Shown: positions 18,916 through 29,106 of the stretch, piece by piece | How positions within the stretch are numbered: position 1 is the stretch's first letter | Layout: every line of letters starts with the position of its first letter | Assembly (NCBI GenBank): GCA_963851265.1 | Contig: CAWKNZ010000008.1 | Coordinates: 160,001-224,000 of the forward strand | Direction: 5' to 3' | Origin: an uncultured Gemmatimonadales bacterium | Lineage (GTDB): Bacteria; Gemmatimonadota; Gemmatimonadetes; Gemmatimonadales; Gemmatimonadaceae | DNA length: 64,000 nucleotides | Position numbers and translations under genes: made by a program | The notes under the pieces: model-generated | Told to the model about the DNA's origin: nothing | Databases searched by the model: none | The model's input: only the letters and a program-made list of their open reading frames with translations

Positions 18916-20384
18916 GGTGTGACCGGGACGGGGGTGTGCGTGAACTGCTCGCGCCGCGCGGCGAGCTCGCCGCTCATGCGGAACTCGGTCGCGCGGTCGA
19001 TCCTGTAGAACAGCAGGCAGAGCCCGCTCACGAGGAAGCCGAGCGCGGGGAAGAGGCTCACCGACAGGCGGATGCCGTCGAGCGCGTGGGCGCTCTGCGC
19101 GACGTTGGGCACGTAGCCGTAAGCCGACAGCACGTAGCCGCCGATCGCGCCGCCGACGCCGAGGCCCGCCTTGAGCGCGAAGACGATCGCGGAGAACACC
19201 ACGCCCGTCGCGCGGCGGTGGTTCTTCCACTCCGAGTAGTCGGCCACGTCGCCCATCATCGCCCAGAGCAGCGGGATGGTGAAGCCGTACGCGAACTGCC
19301 GCACCATCTCGGCCGCCATGATCGCGGGCACCGCCGTCGCCGGCAGCAGCGCGAACACCGCCGTGCACGCCGCCGTCGCGTACAGCCCGTACATGAACAG
19401 GTTGCGCTTGCCGAGGCGCACGGCGAGCGAGCGCGAGAGCAGCACGCCGACGATCGTCGACCCGGTGCCGAGCCCGTTGAAGAGGCTGAACAGGTCCTCG
19501 CGCCCGACGAGGTACTTGAAGTAGTAGAGCATCACGCCGCCGCGCAGCGCGAGCGTCACGAAGAGCACGAGCGTGAGCGCGAACATCGCGAGCCAGGGCC
19601 GGTTGCGCGTGAGGTCGCCGAAGTCCTGGCCGATCGTCGAGTGCTGGCCGGGCGCGGGACGGACGCGCTCCTTCGTCGTCGCGAAGGTGACGACGAAGAA
19701 CACGACGGCGAGCGCGCCGAACGTCGCCATCGTCAGCTGGTAACCCCGCGCGTTGTTGCCGCCGCCGAACGCGTGCACCATCGGCAGCGCGGCCGTCTGG
19801 ATGACGAACTGCGACAGCATCGCGAGCACGAAGCGGTACTGCGACAGGCTGGTGCGCTCGGCCATGTCCCCCGTCATCACGCCGCTCAGCGCGGAGTACG
19901 GCAGGTTGTTGGCGGAGTAGACCATCATCAGGCCGATGTAGGTCACGTACGCGTACGCCAGCTTGCCCGACGCGCCGAAGCTCGGCGTGGTGAAGGTGAG
20001 CACGGCCATAATCCCGTACGGGACCGCCGTCCACAGCACCCACGGGCGGAACTTGCCCCACCGCGTCTCGGTGCGGTCGGCCACCACGCCCATCATCGGG
20101 TCGAACACCGCGTCGAACACGCGGACGACGAGGAAGAGCGTGCCCGCCGCGACCGCGGTGATGCCGAACGTGTCGGTGTAGAAGGCGAGCTGGAAGATCA
20201 CCATCGTCTGGAAGACGAAGCCCGCGGCCGCGTCGCCCAGCCCGTAGCCGACCTTCTCCACCACGCTCAGTCGCTCGACCGGCGCGGTCGACCGCGACGC
20301 GACGGCCGCCGCCGGATCGCCCGTCGCGCCCGCCGCGGGGTTCAACGTCGCGCCGGCTCCGGCGCGTACGCTCGCGCCGCTCAC
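18912..20384 (-). CDS. GPH-family (MFS) glycoside-cation symporter, probably for xylo-oligosaccharides
   Basis: GTG 20384 overlaps the GH3 stop; EKVGYGLGD, FDAVFDPMMG..ADRT..RWGKFRPW, NLPYSAL, DVADYSEWK. Confidence 0.92.
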   Translation of the reverse strand: MSGASVRAGAGATLNPAAGATGDPAAAVASRSTAPVERLSVVEKVGYGLGDAAAGFVFQTMVIFQLAFYTDTFGITAVAAGTLFLVVRVFDAVFDPMMGVVADRTETRWGKFRPWVLWTAVPYGIMAVLTFTTPSFGASGKLAYAYVTYIGLMMVYSANNLPYSALSGVMTGDMAERTSLSQYRFVLAMLSQFVIQTAALPMVHAFGGGNNARGYQLTMATFGALAVVFFVVTFATTKERVRPAPGQHSTIGQDFGDLTRNRPWLAMFALTLVLFVTLALRGGVMLYYFKYLVGREDLFSLFNGLGTGSTIVGVLLSRSLAVRLGKRNLFMYGLYATAACTAVFALLPATAVPAIMAAEMVRQFAYGFTIPLLWAMMGDVADYSEWKNHRRATGVVFSAIVFALKAGLGVGGAIGGYVLSAYGYVPNVAQSAHALDGIRLSVSLFPALGFLVSGLCLLFYRIDRATEFRMSGELAARREQFTHTPVPVTP

Positions 20385-22750
20385 GGCGTCACCGTGAGCG
20401 TCAGGGTGGCCAGGTCCTCGTCGCGCGACGACGTGCCGACCATGATCGAGAACTCGCCCGGCTCGACGACGTACCGCATGTCGAGGTCGTGGAAGGCGAG
20501 CGCGTCGCGGCCGACGTCGAGCGCGACGGTCGTCGACTCGCCGGGCGCGAGCCACACCTTGCGGAACGCCTTCAGCTCCTTGACCGGCCGCGTCACGGAG
20601 CTGACCCGGTCGCGCACGTAGAGCTGCACGACCTCGGTACCAGCGCGCTTGCCGGTGTTGGTCACGGTCGCGAGCACGCGCGTCGCGCCGTCGCGGCCGA
20701 TGGACGCCTGCTCGAGCCGCACGTCGCGCACCGCGAACGTCGTGTAGCTCAGCCCGTAGCCGAACGCGTAGAGCGGCGAGGCGTCGGCCCACAGATACCC
20801 GCGCCTCGCCGACGGCTTGTGGTTGTAGTACGCGGGGATGTGACCCACGGACCGCGGCACCGAGATCGGCAGCTTCCCCCCGGGCGTGTGGTCGCCGAAC
20901 AGCACCTCGGCCACCGCGCGCCCGCACTCCTGGCCGAGGTACCAGCACTCCAGGATCGCGGGGACCTCCGCGTCGAGGTCCGTCACCGAGAGCGGCCGGC
21001 CGTTGAACAGCAGCGCGACGACGGGCCTCCCCGTGCCCAACATCGCGCGCACGAGTTCGTCCTGCCGGCCGACGAGGTCGAGCGTCGTGAGGTCGCCCAT
21101 GTGCGCGCGCGACCACGCCTCGCGCGACGTCTGCTCGTTGCCGCCGATGGCGAGCACGATCACGTCGGCGTCCTTCGCGACCTCGACGGCCTCGGCGATC
21201 TGCCGGCGGTCCTCGTCGGCGTCGGGCTGTTCGACCGGGTCCTCGTACCACGTGCCGCCGCGCGTGATCTTGCACCCCTCGGCCGTGACCACGCGCACCC
21301 CGTCGCCGAGGCGCGCGCGGATCCCTTCCAGCACCGTGACGTTGTACTTCGGCACGCCGCTGTAGCCGCCCAACAGCGCGCGGTCCGCGTTGGGCCCGAT
21401 CACGGCGACCGTCTTCAGCCCCGACGGGTCGAGCGGCAGCAGCCCGCCCTCGTTCTTGAGCAGCGTGATCGTCTCGCGCGCCGCCCGCAGGGCCAGCTCG
21501 CGGTTCGCGTCCGACGCCACGGTGCGCTCCGCCACCTCCGGGTCGACGTACGGGTCGTCGAACAGGCCTAACTGGAACTTGGCCGCGAGCATCGGCGCGA
21601 CGAGCGCGTCGAGGTCGGACTCGGCGAGCGTGCCGTCGCGCACGAGGTCGAGCAGGTGCGCGTAGCAGTCCGGCTCGGGCAGCTCGATGTTGACGCCCGC
21701 GCGCACGGCGAGCGCGCACGCCTCGCGCTTGTCGGCGGCCACGTGGTGCCCGTGCGTGTCGGGGCGGTCGTGCAGCTCCCAGATCGCGTAGTAGTCCGAG
21801 ACGACGAAGCCGCGGAAGCCCCAGTCGCGGCGCAGCACGTCGCGCAGCAGCCAGCGGTTGGCGTGCGAGGGCACGCCGTCGACCTCGTTGTACGAGGCCA
21901 TCACGCTCGCCGCGCCCGCCTCCTGCACGGCGGCCTTGAACGGCGGCAGGAACACCTCGTACAGCTCGCGCATCGACACGTTCACCGGCGCGCAGTTCTG
22001 CCCGCCCTCCGGCTGCCCGTGCGCGACGAAGTGCTTGAGCGTCGCGAGCACGCGCTTCTTGTCGGCGTACGTGTTGTCGCCCTGGAAGCCGCGCACGGCC
22101 GCGACGCCCAGCCGCGAGACGAGGTAGGGGTCCTCGCCGAAGGTCTCCTCGACGCGCCCCCAGCGCGGGTCGCGCGCCACGTCCACCACCGGCGTCAGCG
22201 CCTGGTGCGTGCCGCGCGACCGCGCCTCCTCGGCGACCATCGCGTACAGCGCCTCGACGAGGGCGGGGTCGAAGGTCGCCGCGAGCGCGATCGGCTGCCC
22301 GAAACTCGTGGCGTCGATCGCGGCCTGCCCGTGCAGGCACTCCTCGTGGAAGATCACCGGGATGCCTAACCGGCTCTCCTCGAGGAAGAAGCGCTGGATC
22401 GCGTTGGTCAGCTCCGCCTGCTCGCGCGCGTTGCGCCCCTTGTGGACCTGGATCCCGCCGCCCCCCGACCCGCTCCCGCCCGCGTCGCTCGGCCGCCCGA
22501 CCTGGCCCAGCCCGTGCCCGTCCTTGAACGCGGCGCGGGCCTTCTCGAGGTCGAACTGCCCGTCGTCGCCGACGAGCATCTGCGTCTTCAGCTGCCACAC
22601 GCCGACCATCTGCGCCGCCTTCTCCTCCAGCGTCATCCGCGCGAGGAGGTCGGCGACGCGTGCGTCGACGGAGCGCGAGGGGTCACGGTACGGCGGCGCG
22701 GCGGTCACCCCGCCGCCCGCGCGCGGGCCCGATTCGGACAGGATGGTCAT
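20381..22750 (-). CDS. GH3 beta-glucosidase/beta-xylosidase (no signal peptide)
   Basis: RDPRWGRVEETFGED, KHF, VSDY, FGYGLSYT, C-terminal Fn3-like domain. Confidence 0.93.
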   Translation of the reverse strand: MTILSESGPRAGGGVTAAPPYRDPSRSVDARVADLLARMTLEEKAAQMVGVWQLKTQMLVGDDGQFDLEKARAAFKDGHGLGQVGRPSDAGGSGSGGGGIQVHKGRNAREQAELTNAIQRFFLEESRLGIPVIFHEECLHGQAAIDATSFGQPIALAATFDPALVEALYAMVAEEARSRGTHQALTPVVDVARDPRWGRVEETFGEDPYLVSRLGVAAVRGFQGDNTYADKKRVLATLKHFVAHGQPEGGQNCAPVNVSMRELYEVFLPPFKAAVQEAGAASVMASYNEVDGVPSHANRWLLRDVLRRDWGFRGFVVSDYYAIWELHDRPDTHGHHVAADKREACALAVRAGVNIELPEPDCYAHLLDLVRDGTLAESDLDALVAPMLAAKFQLGLFDDPYVDPEVAERTVASDANRELALRAARETITLLKNEGGLLPLDPSGLKTVAVIGPNADRALLGGYSGVPKYNVTVLEGIRARLGDGVRVVTAEGCKITRGGTWYEDPVEQPDADEDRRQIAEAVEVAKDADVIVLAIGGNEQTSREAWSRAHMGDLTTLDLVGRQDELVRAMLGTGRPVVALLFNGRPLSVTDLDAEVPAILECWYLGQECGRAVAEVLFGDHTPGGKLPISVPRSVGHIPAYYNHKPSARRGYLWADASPLYAFGYGLSYTTFAVRDVRLEQASIGRDGATRVLATVTNTGKRAGTEVVQLYVRDRVSSVTRPVKELKAFRKVWLAPGESTTVALDVGRDALAFHDLDMRYVVEPGEFSIMVGTSSRDEDLATLTLTVTP

Positions 22751-22756
22751 CGCGTG

Positions 22757-24031
22757 CTACGGAGCCTGAGGGGTGAACAGCGCGAGGTCGATCGCGTCGG
22801 CCATGACGCGGTAGCCGGCCTCGTTGGGGTGCAGGTGGTCGCCGCCGTCGACCTCCGGCCGGAGCCGCTCCGGCCGCGCCGGGTCGCGCATGGCGGCGTC
22901 GAAGTCTATGACGGCGTCGAACGCGCGGCCGGTCCGGATCCAGGCGTTCACGGTCTGGCGCGCGCGCTCGTGGTCCGGCGTGTCGTACGCCGCGCCGCCG
23001 AACGGGAGCACGGTCGCGCCGTAGACGCGGAACCCGCGGTCGTGTGCTCGCGCGATCATCCGCCGGTACGCGGCGACGAGCGCGGCGGCCACCGAGTCCG
23101 ACGCGCCGGCCGTGCGCGCGCCGCCGATGTCGTTGACCCCCTCGCTCACGACCAGCCAGCGGGCCCCGGCCTGCGCGAGCACGTCACGGTCGAAGCGGTC
23201 GACCGCCGCGGGCCCGAGGCAGGCCCGCAGCACGCAGTTGCCGCCGATGCCCTGGTTGAGCACGGCGACCGGCGCCGTGCGCGAGTCGCCCTGCAGGCGG
23301 CGCGCGAGGTCGTCGGGCCAGCGGTTCTGCCGGTCCGTCCCCGAGCCACGGCCGTCGGCGATCGAGTTGCCGAGCACGACGACCGCCGCCCCGCCCGGGC
23401 GCGCGACGTCCACGCCCGAGACCAGGTACCAGTGCTCGACACGCGCGGCGGCGGGGAGGGAGTCGGCGGCGACCACGTCCCCGGCCTGCAGGTACGACGT
23501 CGTGCGCGAGCCCGGGTGCCCCGTCACCGCGGCCGGCGCGTCCGCGACGTGCACCGACAGCGCGAGGTCCGTCACGGGCGCGACGTCGTACGCGACGGCG
23601 TCCGACACGGCCGCGCCGCCGGCCGGGATGGTGATCCCCGGCCGGCCGGCGAAGGTGAGCGCCCGGTCGCTCCCGGTCGCGATCGCGCCGCCCCCGCGCG
23701 AGCGCGCGACGTGGGCCGCCGTGATCGTGAGCGGCCCGTCGCCGAACGCGTTGGACAGCCGCAGGCGGAGGCGCGAGCCGCCGAGCGAGACGTGGACGAT
23801 CTGCCGCAGGGTGCTGCCGGCGAGGCCGGGCGCGGGTGGCAGGTTGCGCGGTTCGGTGAGCTGCGGCGCGGCGGCCCAGGTGCCGACCCAGGTGAGAGCG
23901 CCCGCCGGCGGCGCGGCGGGCGCCGGCCGCGCCCGGCCCGCGCACGCCGCGACGCCGCCTAACGAAGCCGCGCCGAGCGCGCGCACGCCCACCGCGCGCG
24001 CGCGGGCGCGCCGCGGAACGCCGCCCGTCAC
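22757..24031 (-). CDS. SGNH/GDSL esterase, putative lipoprotein
   Basis: GNSIADG, NQGIGGN, EGVND, DHLHPN; lipobox-like VAAC. Confidence 0.88.
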   Translation of the reverse strand: MTGGVPRRARARAVGVRALGAASLGGVAACAGRARPAPAAPPAGALTWVGTWAAAPQLTEPRNLPPAPGLAGSTLRQIVHVSLGGSRLRLRLSNAFGDGPLTITAAHVARSRGGGAIATGSDRALTFAGRPGITIPAGGAAVSDAVAYDVAPVTDLALSVHVADAPAAVTGHPGSRTTSYLQAGDVVAADSLPAAARVEHWYLVSGVDVARPGGAAVVVLGNSIADGRGSGTDRQNRWPDDLARRLQGDSRTAPVAVLNQGIGGNCVLRACLGPAAVDRFDRDVLAQAGARWLVVSEGVNDIGGARTAGASDSVAAALVAAYRRMIARAHDRGFRVYGATVLPFGGAAYDTPDHERARQTVNAWIRTGRAFDAVIDFDAAMRDPARPERLRPEVDGGDHLHPNEAGYRVMADAIDLALFTPQAP

Positions 24032-24035
24032 GCGC

Positions 24036-25727
24036 TCAGTAGCCCGGGTTCTGCGGGAACGCGCCAGCGCCCCCGGTGGTGCGGTCGATCTGCTCCTGCG
24101 GGATCGGGCGCAGCGCGTGGTACGCCTTGACGTTCGGCGCGGCCGTCGGGTTGTACGCCTGGATCCGACTGAGGAAGTAGTTCTTGCCGCCCGCGTTGGT
24201 GAGGCGGGCCAGGGTGTACCAGCGCATCTCCTCCCCGGCCAGCTCGCGCTCGCGCTCGTCGAGCAGGAAGTCGATCGGCGAGCTGCCGAGCGACGCGAGC
24301 TCGGCGGTCGAGAGGTCGTTGACCTGCCCGGCTCTGGCCGCGCGTCGGCGCAGCACGTTGAAGTCCGGGATCGCCGCGCTCACGTTGCCGTTGCGGATGT
24401 TCGCCTCGGCGCGCATCAGGTACGCGTCGGCCAGGCGCCACACGAAGCGGTCGCGCCCGCCGACGATGCTCTGCACGCCGTTGCGCGTCTGGTCGAGCCA
24501 CTTGCGCAGCGTCGGGAACCGGTCGGCGGTGTAGTCGTTCTCCCCGAACGCCTTGTACCGCTTGCCCGTGAGGTATTGCGGGGGGACGGTGGCCGTGCCG
24601 GGGAGGAAGATCGCGGTGTCGCGCACCCCCGACGACGACGCCCACATCGTCTGGAAGCTCGCGTCGTAGCGCGAGTCGGTGGTGCGGTTCCACAGGTCGA
24701 GCAGGTGCCGCGTGGGCCGCAGCCGGCGGTACGGGCGGCCGTACTCCAGGGTGCGCGCGAGGCTGGGCCCGCCCTGGATGTCGTATCCCATCGTGTAGAA
24801 CAGGTGCAGCTGGTCGCCGTACTGGTCCGTGACCCCGTCGCCGTTGAACTGCACCGCCCAGACGAACTCCTTGTTCGTCTCGTTGGCGGGGTTGAAGTCG
24901 CAGGCCGAGATCACCACGCCGCTCACCCCGTCGGTGCGGTCGGGACCGCAGAACAGCGAGCGGAAGTCGGCGTTGAGGGTGAACGCCCCCGAGCCGATCA
25001 CGGCGGTGGTGAGCGCGACCGCCTGGTCGAGGTCGCCGGGGGCGCCGCGCGTCAGGTACACCTCCGCCAGCAGCATCTGGGCGGCGTACTTGGTGGCGCG
25101 CCCGACCTGCGACGCGGTGGTCGGCAGGTTGGCGACCGCGTACTGCAGGTCGGGGAGGACGAGGTTGGCGTAGACGTCCGCGGCCGGCGTGCGCGAGGCC
25201 GTGGTCGTCGGCGCCGTGGTCGGCGCGGTGTCGACCGCGACCGCGCCGTAGGTGCGCACGAGGTCGTGGTAGTACAGCGCGCGGAGGAAGCGCGCCTCGG
25301 CCGTGCGCGCCGCCCTGTCGGTGCTCGACAGCGGCGCCTGGGCGACGGCGGCGATGGCCGTGTTCGCGGTGTTCACGCCCGCGTACCAGGCCGCCCAGGT
25401 GTCGCGGTTCGTCGTGACGCTCATGTTCGCCGAGAGCACCGCGGAGTAGTCGCCGAACCCGGTGTTGTCGGTGGTGCCGTTGCCGCGGTCCCAGCTGTCG
25501 GTCCCGAGCTGCCCGAGCGAGATCTCGGGCTCGCGCCCGTAGAAGTTGCGCAGGTTGGAGTACGCGGCGGTCACGGCGGAGTTGGCGCCGTCGACGGTCT
25601 GGTAGTACTGGCCCGTCACGCCGGTGACCGGAACCTCCTTCAGGTCGGAGCAGCCGGCGCCGAGCAGGGCGCCGCCGAGGGCGAGGCCCGAGGTGGCGAG
25701 GGCGCGGACCGCGGTCGTGGTCGTCAT
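24036..25727 (-). CDS. SusD/RagB-family outer-membrane glycan-binding lipoprotein
   Basis: Lipobox GAGC; EARFLRALYY, RLADAYLMRAEA, ERERELAGE, QNPGY C-terminus. ATG 25727 has an RBS. Confidence 0.93.
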   Translation of the reverse strand: MTTTTAVRALATSGLALGGALLGAGCSDLKEVPVTGVTGQYYQTVDGANSAVTAAYSNLRNFYGREPEISLGQLGTDSWDRGNGTTDNTGFGDYSAVLSANMSVTTNRDTWAAWYAGVNTANTAIAAVAQAPLSSTDRAARTAEARFLRALYYHDLVRTYGAVAVDTAPTTAPTTTASRTPAADVYANLVLPDLQYAVANLPTTASQVGRATKYAAQMLLAEVYLTRGAPGDLDQAVALTTAVIGSGAFTLNADFRSLFCGPDRTDGVSGVVISACDFNPANETNKEFVWAVQFNGDGVTDQYGDQLHLFYTMGYDIQGGPSLARTLEYGRPYRRLRPTRHLLDLWNRTTDSRYDASFQTMWASSSGVRDTAIFLPGTATVPPQYLTGKRYKAFGENDYTADRFPTLRKWLDQTRNGVQSIVGGRDRFVWRLADAYLMRAEANIRNGNVSAAIPDFNVLRRRAARAGQVNDLSTAELASLGSSPIDFLLDERERELAGEEMRWYTLARLTNAGGKNYFLSRIQAYNPTAAPNVKAYHALRPIPQEQIDRTTGGAGAFPQNPGY

Positions 25728-25759
25728 CGGAAGTCTGTACCTCACGGGTGCGGTCCGGG

Positions 25760-28700
25760 TCAAAAGCCGAGGTCGAGGCCGAACAGGAACGTGCGGAACG
25801 CCGGGCCGCCGACGTCGAGCTGCGACGCCTGGCTGTTGCCGTTGTAGCCGGCGCCGCTCGGACCGCCGTTGAAGCCGGATTCGGGGTCCCAGCCGCGGAA
25901 CTTCGTGAAGATGAACGGGTCCTGGACCCGCCCGTAGAGGCGCGCCCGCGTGACGCCCGCTCGGCCGAACACGGCGGCCGGCATGGTGTAGCCGAGCGTG
26001 ATGTCGCGGACGCGCCAGTTGGAGGCGTCCTGCAGCGCCATCGCCGAGGCGTAGTTGCCGATGCCGTTGACGTTAGGCCGCGGGAAGTCGTTGCTCGGGT
26101 TCTCGGGCGTCCAGTAGTTGACGTTCAGGTTGTTGAACCGGCCCGCGAGGTTGTTGTACGCCGAGAGGAACGGGCTGTACACCGTGTAGCCGGCGCGCGC
26201 CGTGACCAGCACCGAGGCGTCGAGGCGGCGGAAGCGGAAGCGGTTGTTGAGGCTCCCCTGGAACTTCGGGAAGTTGAACGCGTTGCCGACGAACGTGCGG
26301 TCGTTGCCGTCGATCTTGCCGTCGCCGTTGATGTCGGCCACGCGGATGTCGCCGGGCTTGAAGCCGTACGACCGCGCGAGCGCCGAGTCGGCGGTCTGCC
26401 AGATCCCGACGAACTTGTAGTTGTAGTTGACGTTGATCGGCTGGCCGACGAACCGCGCGTTGGCGACGTCGGAGAGCGCGCCGCCGGCGAGGGCGACGAT
26501 GCGGTTGCTGTTGTGCGAGACGTTGACGTCGGTCGTCCACCCGAGCCCGCGCCGTCCGCCCTGGTCGCCGCGCAGGTTGACCGTCGAGACCGACAGCTCG
26601 ACGCCGGCGTTGCGCGTGGCGCCGACGTTCTGCAGGAAGCTGCCGTAGCCGGTGGTGTACGGCAGCGCCCGCGTGAGGAGCAGGTTGTTGGTGTTCTCGT
26701 GGTAGACGTCGACCGCGCCGCTGATGCGCTGGTCGAACACGCCGAAGTCGAGGCCGAGGTCGAATTTGTCGGTGGTCTCCCACTTCAGGTCCGGGTTGGG
26801 GATCGACCCGGGCCCGTAGCCGAGCACCGCCGGCGCCGAGCTGCCGTAGGTGTACCAGGCGGTGGCGAGCTGGCCTAACGTCTGGTACGGGCCGACGGCG
26901 GCGTTGCCGACGCGGCCGTAGCTCGCGCGCAGCTTCAGCTCGCTCAGCGCGGTGATGCCCTTGAAGAACGGCTCGTCGCCCAGCTGCCAGCCGAACGCGG
27001 CGGCCGGGAAGAACTCGTACTTCTTGCCCGGCGACAGCACGCTCGAGCCGTCCACGCGCCCGACGAGGTTGAGCGTGTAGCGGTCGTGGAACGTGTAGAC
27101 CGCGCGCGCCATGTACGACTGGAGCGTGTACTGCGAGAGCCGGCTGTTCAGGTTGTAGTTCTGCCCCGAGCCGAGGTTGTACCAGAGCTGCGACGGGTAG
27201 GGCAGGTTGGTCGCGTAGGTGCTGTCGAACGACGTGCGGAACTGGGCCAGCTCGTAGAGCAGCGTGCCCTGGAGGTGGTTCCCGGCGCCGAGCTGGCGGT
27301 CGTACGAGAGGTAGTTGCTGAACGTGTAGTTCGAGTTGCGCGCGTTGTCCTGCCCGGCCTCGGGCTGCACCGCGCCGCGGTTGAAGGCCGTGTTGGTGCC
27401 GACGAAGTAGCCGTCCTCGCTCAGCGTGAACTGCGGGCCGAACACCGAGTTGAAGCGCAGGCCCGGCGCGAGCGCCACCGCCGCGTTCAGCGTGCCGAGC
27501 ACGTTGGTGCGGCGGATGGTGTGGACGTTGTTCAGCGCGTTGAGCACCGGGTTGACGCGCAGCGCGTCGGCGGTGGGGAGCAGCTGCAGCTGACCGGTCG
27601 TGTCGTAGGGCGCGCCGAGCGGGCTGTTGTAGAGCGCCTCGTTCCAGATGTTCATGCCGGCGCCGCCGTCGCGCAGGCTCTGGTTGACGAGGGCGCTGGC
27701 CTGGATGTTCACGCGGCCCAGGTCGTGGGTCACGCTGAGCGTCCCCGACTTCTGGCCGTACCCCTGCGTGATCGCGACGCCGTTCTGCCCCACGTAGTTG
27801 AAGCTGGCGCGGAAGCGCGTGTTCTCGCCCCCGCCCGCGGCCGCGAACTCGTAGTTCTGCAGGTTGCCCGTGCGCGAGACCATCTTCTGCCAGTCGGTGT
27901 TGACGCCGCCGGCGAGTCCGGCCCGCATCTGCGGGTCGAGCGCGACGAGGTCGCAGGCCGCCGTGACCGAGGCGCTCGCCGTCGGGCTCCAGGTCGCACA
28001 CGCGCCCGCCGCCGTGCCCCCGGCCGCGCGGTACGACTCGCGCCGGAAGTTGGCGAACTGCGTGCCGTTCATCATGTCGACCTCGCGCGACAGGGCCGAC
28101 GCGCCGGCGGTCGTGTTGACCGTGTACTCCGTGCGCCCGGCGCGGCCGCGCTTGGTCGTGATGAGCAGCACGCCGTTGGCGCCGCGGCTGCCGTAGACCG
28201 CGGTGGCCGCCGCATCCTTGAGCACGTCGATGCGCTCGATGCTGTTCTGGTCGACGTCGCGCAGGTCCCCGGTGATCGGCACGCCGTCCACCACGAACAG
28301 CGGGTTGTTGTTCGCCGTGATCGAGCGCGCGCCGCGGATCTGGATGGTCGTCGCGGCGCCGGGCTCGAAGCTCGACGACGTCACGTCGACGCCGGGCAGG
28401 CGCCCCTTGAGCGCGTCGGCCGGGTTGGTCGTGGTGATCTGCGTGATGTCGGCGGCCCGGATGCTCGACACGGCGCCGGTGACCTCGCGCCGGGTCTGCG
28501 TGCCGTAGCCCACGGCCACCACCCCCGAGAGCTGCACCGCCTGCGCGGTGAGCTGGACGTTGAGCGACACCGCCTGCCCCGCGACCACGGTCACGGCCAG
28601 CGTGGTCGGCGCGAAGCCGATGCGCTGGGCCCGCACCTGCTGCGGGCCGGCAGGCACGTTGTTGAGCGTGAACCGGCCGTCGGGTCCGGTCGCGGCCCGC

Positions 28701-28849
28701 ACCGCCGTGCCGACCACGCTCAGGTTGACACCGGCCACCGGCTGCGAGCCGGGGCTCACGGTCACGATGCCCGTGACACGTCCCGTTTGCGCCCGCGCCG
28801 TGCCGGCCGCAGCGACGAGAAGTGCAGGGACGATCACCGCGCGTTGCAT
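25760..28849 (-). CDS. SusC/RagA-family TonB-dependent transporter
   Basis: VVAVGYGTQ, PLFVVDGVP, IDVLKDAAATAVYGSRGANGVLLITTK, NPDLKWETT; C-terminal Phe. Confidence 0.95.
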   Translation of the reverse strand: MQRAVIVPALLVAAAGTARAQTGRVTGIVTVSPGSQPVAGVNLSVVGTAVRAATGPDGRFTLNNVPAGPQQVRAQRIGFAPTTLAVTVVAGQAVSLNVQLTAQAVQLSGVVAVGYGTQTRREVTGAVSSIRAADITQITTTNPADALKGRLPGVDVTSSSFEPGAATTIQIRGARSITANNNPLFVVDGVPITGDLRDVDQNSIERIDVLKDAAATAVYGSRGANGVLLITTKRGRAGRTEYTVNTTAGASALSREVDMMNGTQFANFRRESYRAAGGTAAGACATWSPTASASVTAACDLVALDPQMRAGLAGGVNTDWQKMVSRTGNLQNYEFAAAGGGENTRFRASFNYVGQNGVAITQGYGQKSGTLSVTHDLGRVNIQASALVNQSLRDGGAGMNIWNEALYNSPLGAPYDTTGQLQLLPTADALRVNPVLNALNNVHTIRRTNVLGTLNAAVALAPGLRFNSVFGPQFTLSEDGYFVGTNTAFNRGAVQPEAGQDNARNSNYTFSNYLSYDRQLGAGNHLQGTLLYELAQFRTSFDSTYATNLPYPSQLWYNLGSGQNYNLNSRLSQYTLQSYMARAVYTFHDRYTLNLVGRVDGSSVLSPGKKYEFFPAAAFGWQLGDEPFFKGITALSELKLRASYGRVGNAAVGPYQTLGQLATAWYTYGSSAPAVLGYGPGSIPNPDLKWETTDKFDLGLDFGVFDQRISGAVDVYHENTNNLLLTRALPYTTGYGSFLQNVGATRNAGVELSVSTVNLRGDQGGRRGLGWTTDVNVSHNSNRIVALAGGALSDVANARFVGQPINVNYNYKFVGIWQTADSALARSYGFKPGDIRVADINGDGKIDGNDRTFVGNAFNFPKFQGSLNNRFRFRRLDASVLVTARAGYTVYSPFLSAYNNLAGRFNNLNVNYWTPENPSNDFPRPNVNGIGNYASAMALQDASNWRVRDITLGYTMPAAVFGRAGVTRARLYGRVQDPFIFTKFRGWDPESGFNGGPSGAGYNGNSQASQLDVGGPAFRTFLFGLDLGF

Positions 28850-29001
28850 TCAGCCAACCCTCGGGTGCGGGCGTGAAGGAGCGGCCGGGTCGACGATGCG
28901 CGGGGGACCGCGGTCGCACGAGGCCGCATGGACGTGACGCGGACACGGGAGCGTGGTGTCCGGCCGGCGGGCACCGACCCTCGCGCCGGCGCGAGCAGTC
29001 A

Positions 29002-29054
29002 AGTGACCTTATGACTTGGCTGCCCGATGCTAATGCCGGGACCGGCCGTGTCAA
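29002..29054 (-). promoter_or_regulatory. Sigma70-like promoter for susC plus candidate operator copy 2
   Basis: Minus strand TTGACA (29054-29049), 16 bp, TAGCAT (29032-29027); AGTGACCTTATGACT at 29002-29016 inside a CAAGT...ACTTG inverted repeat. Confidence 0.6.
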
Positions 29055-29106
29055 GAGGCGTCACGAACCGGTACGACGCGGTTCGAGTCCCCGCGATCCG
29101 TTCGGC

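Noticed and set aside
17710..22598. Track ORFs 17710..20061 and 18912..22598 as large fusion proteins
   Set aside because: They are off-frame extensions over neighbouring genes; the real starts are the GTGA overlaps at 18915 and 20384.
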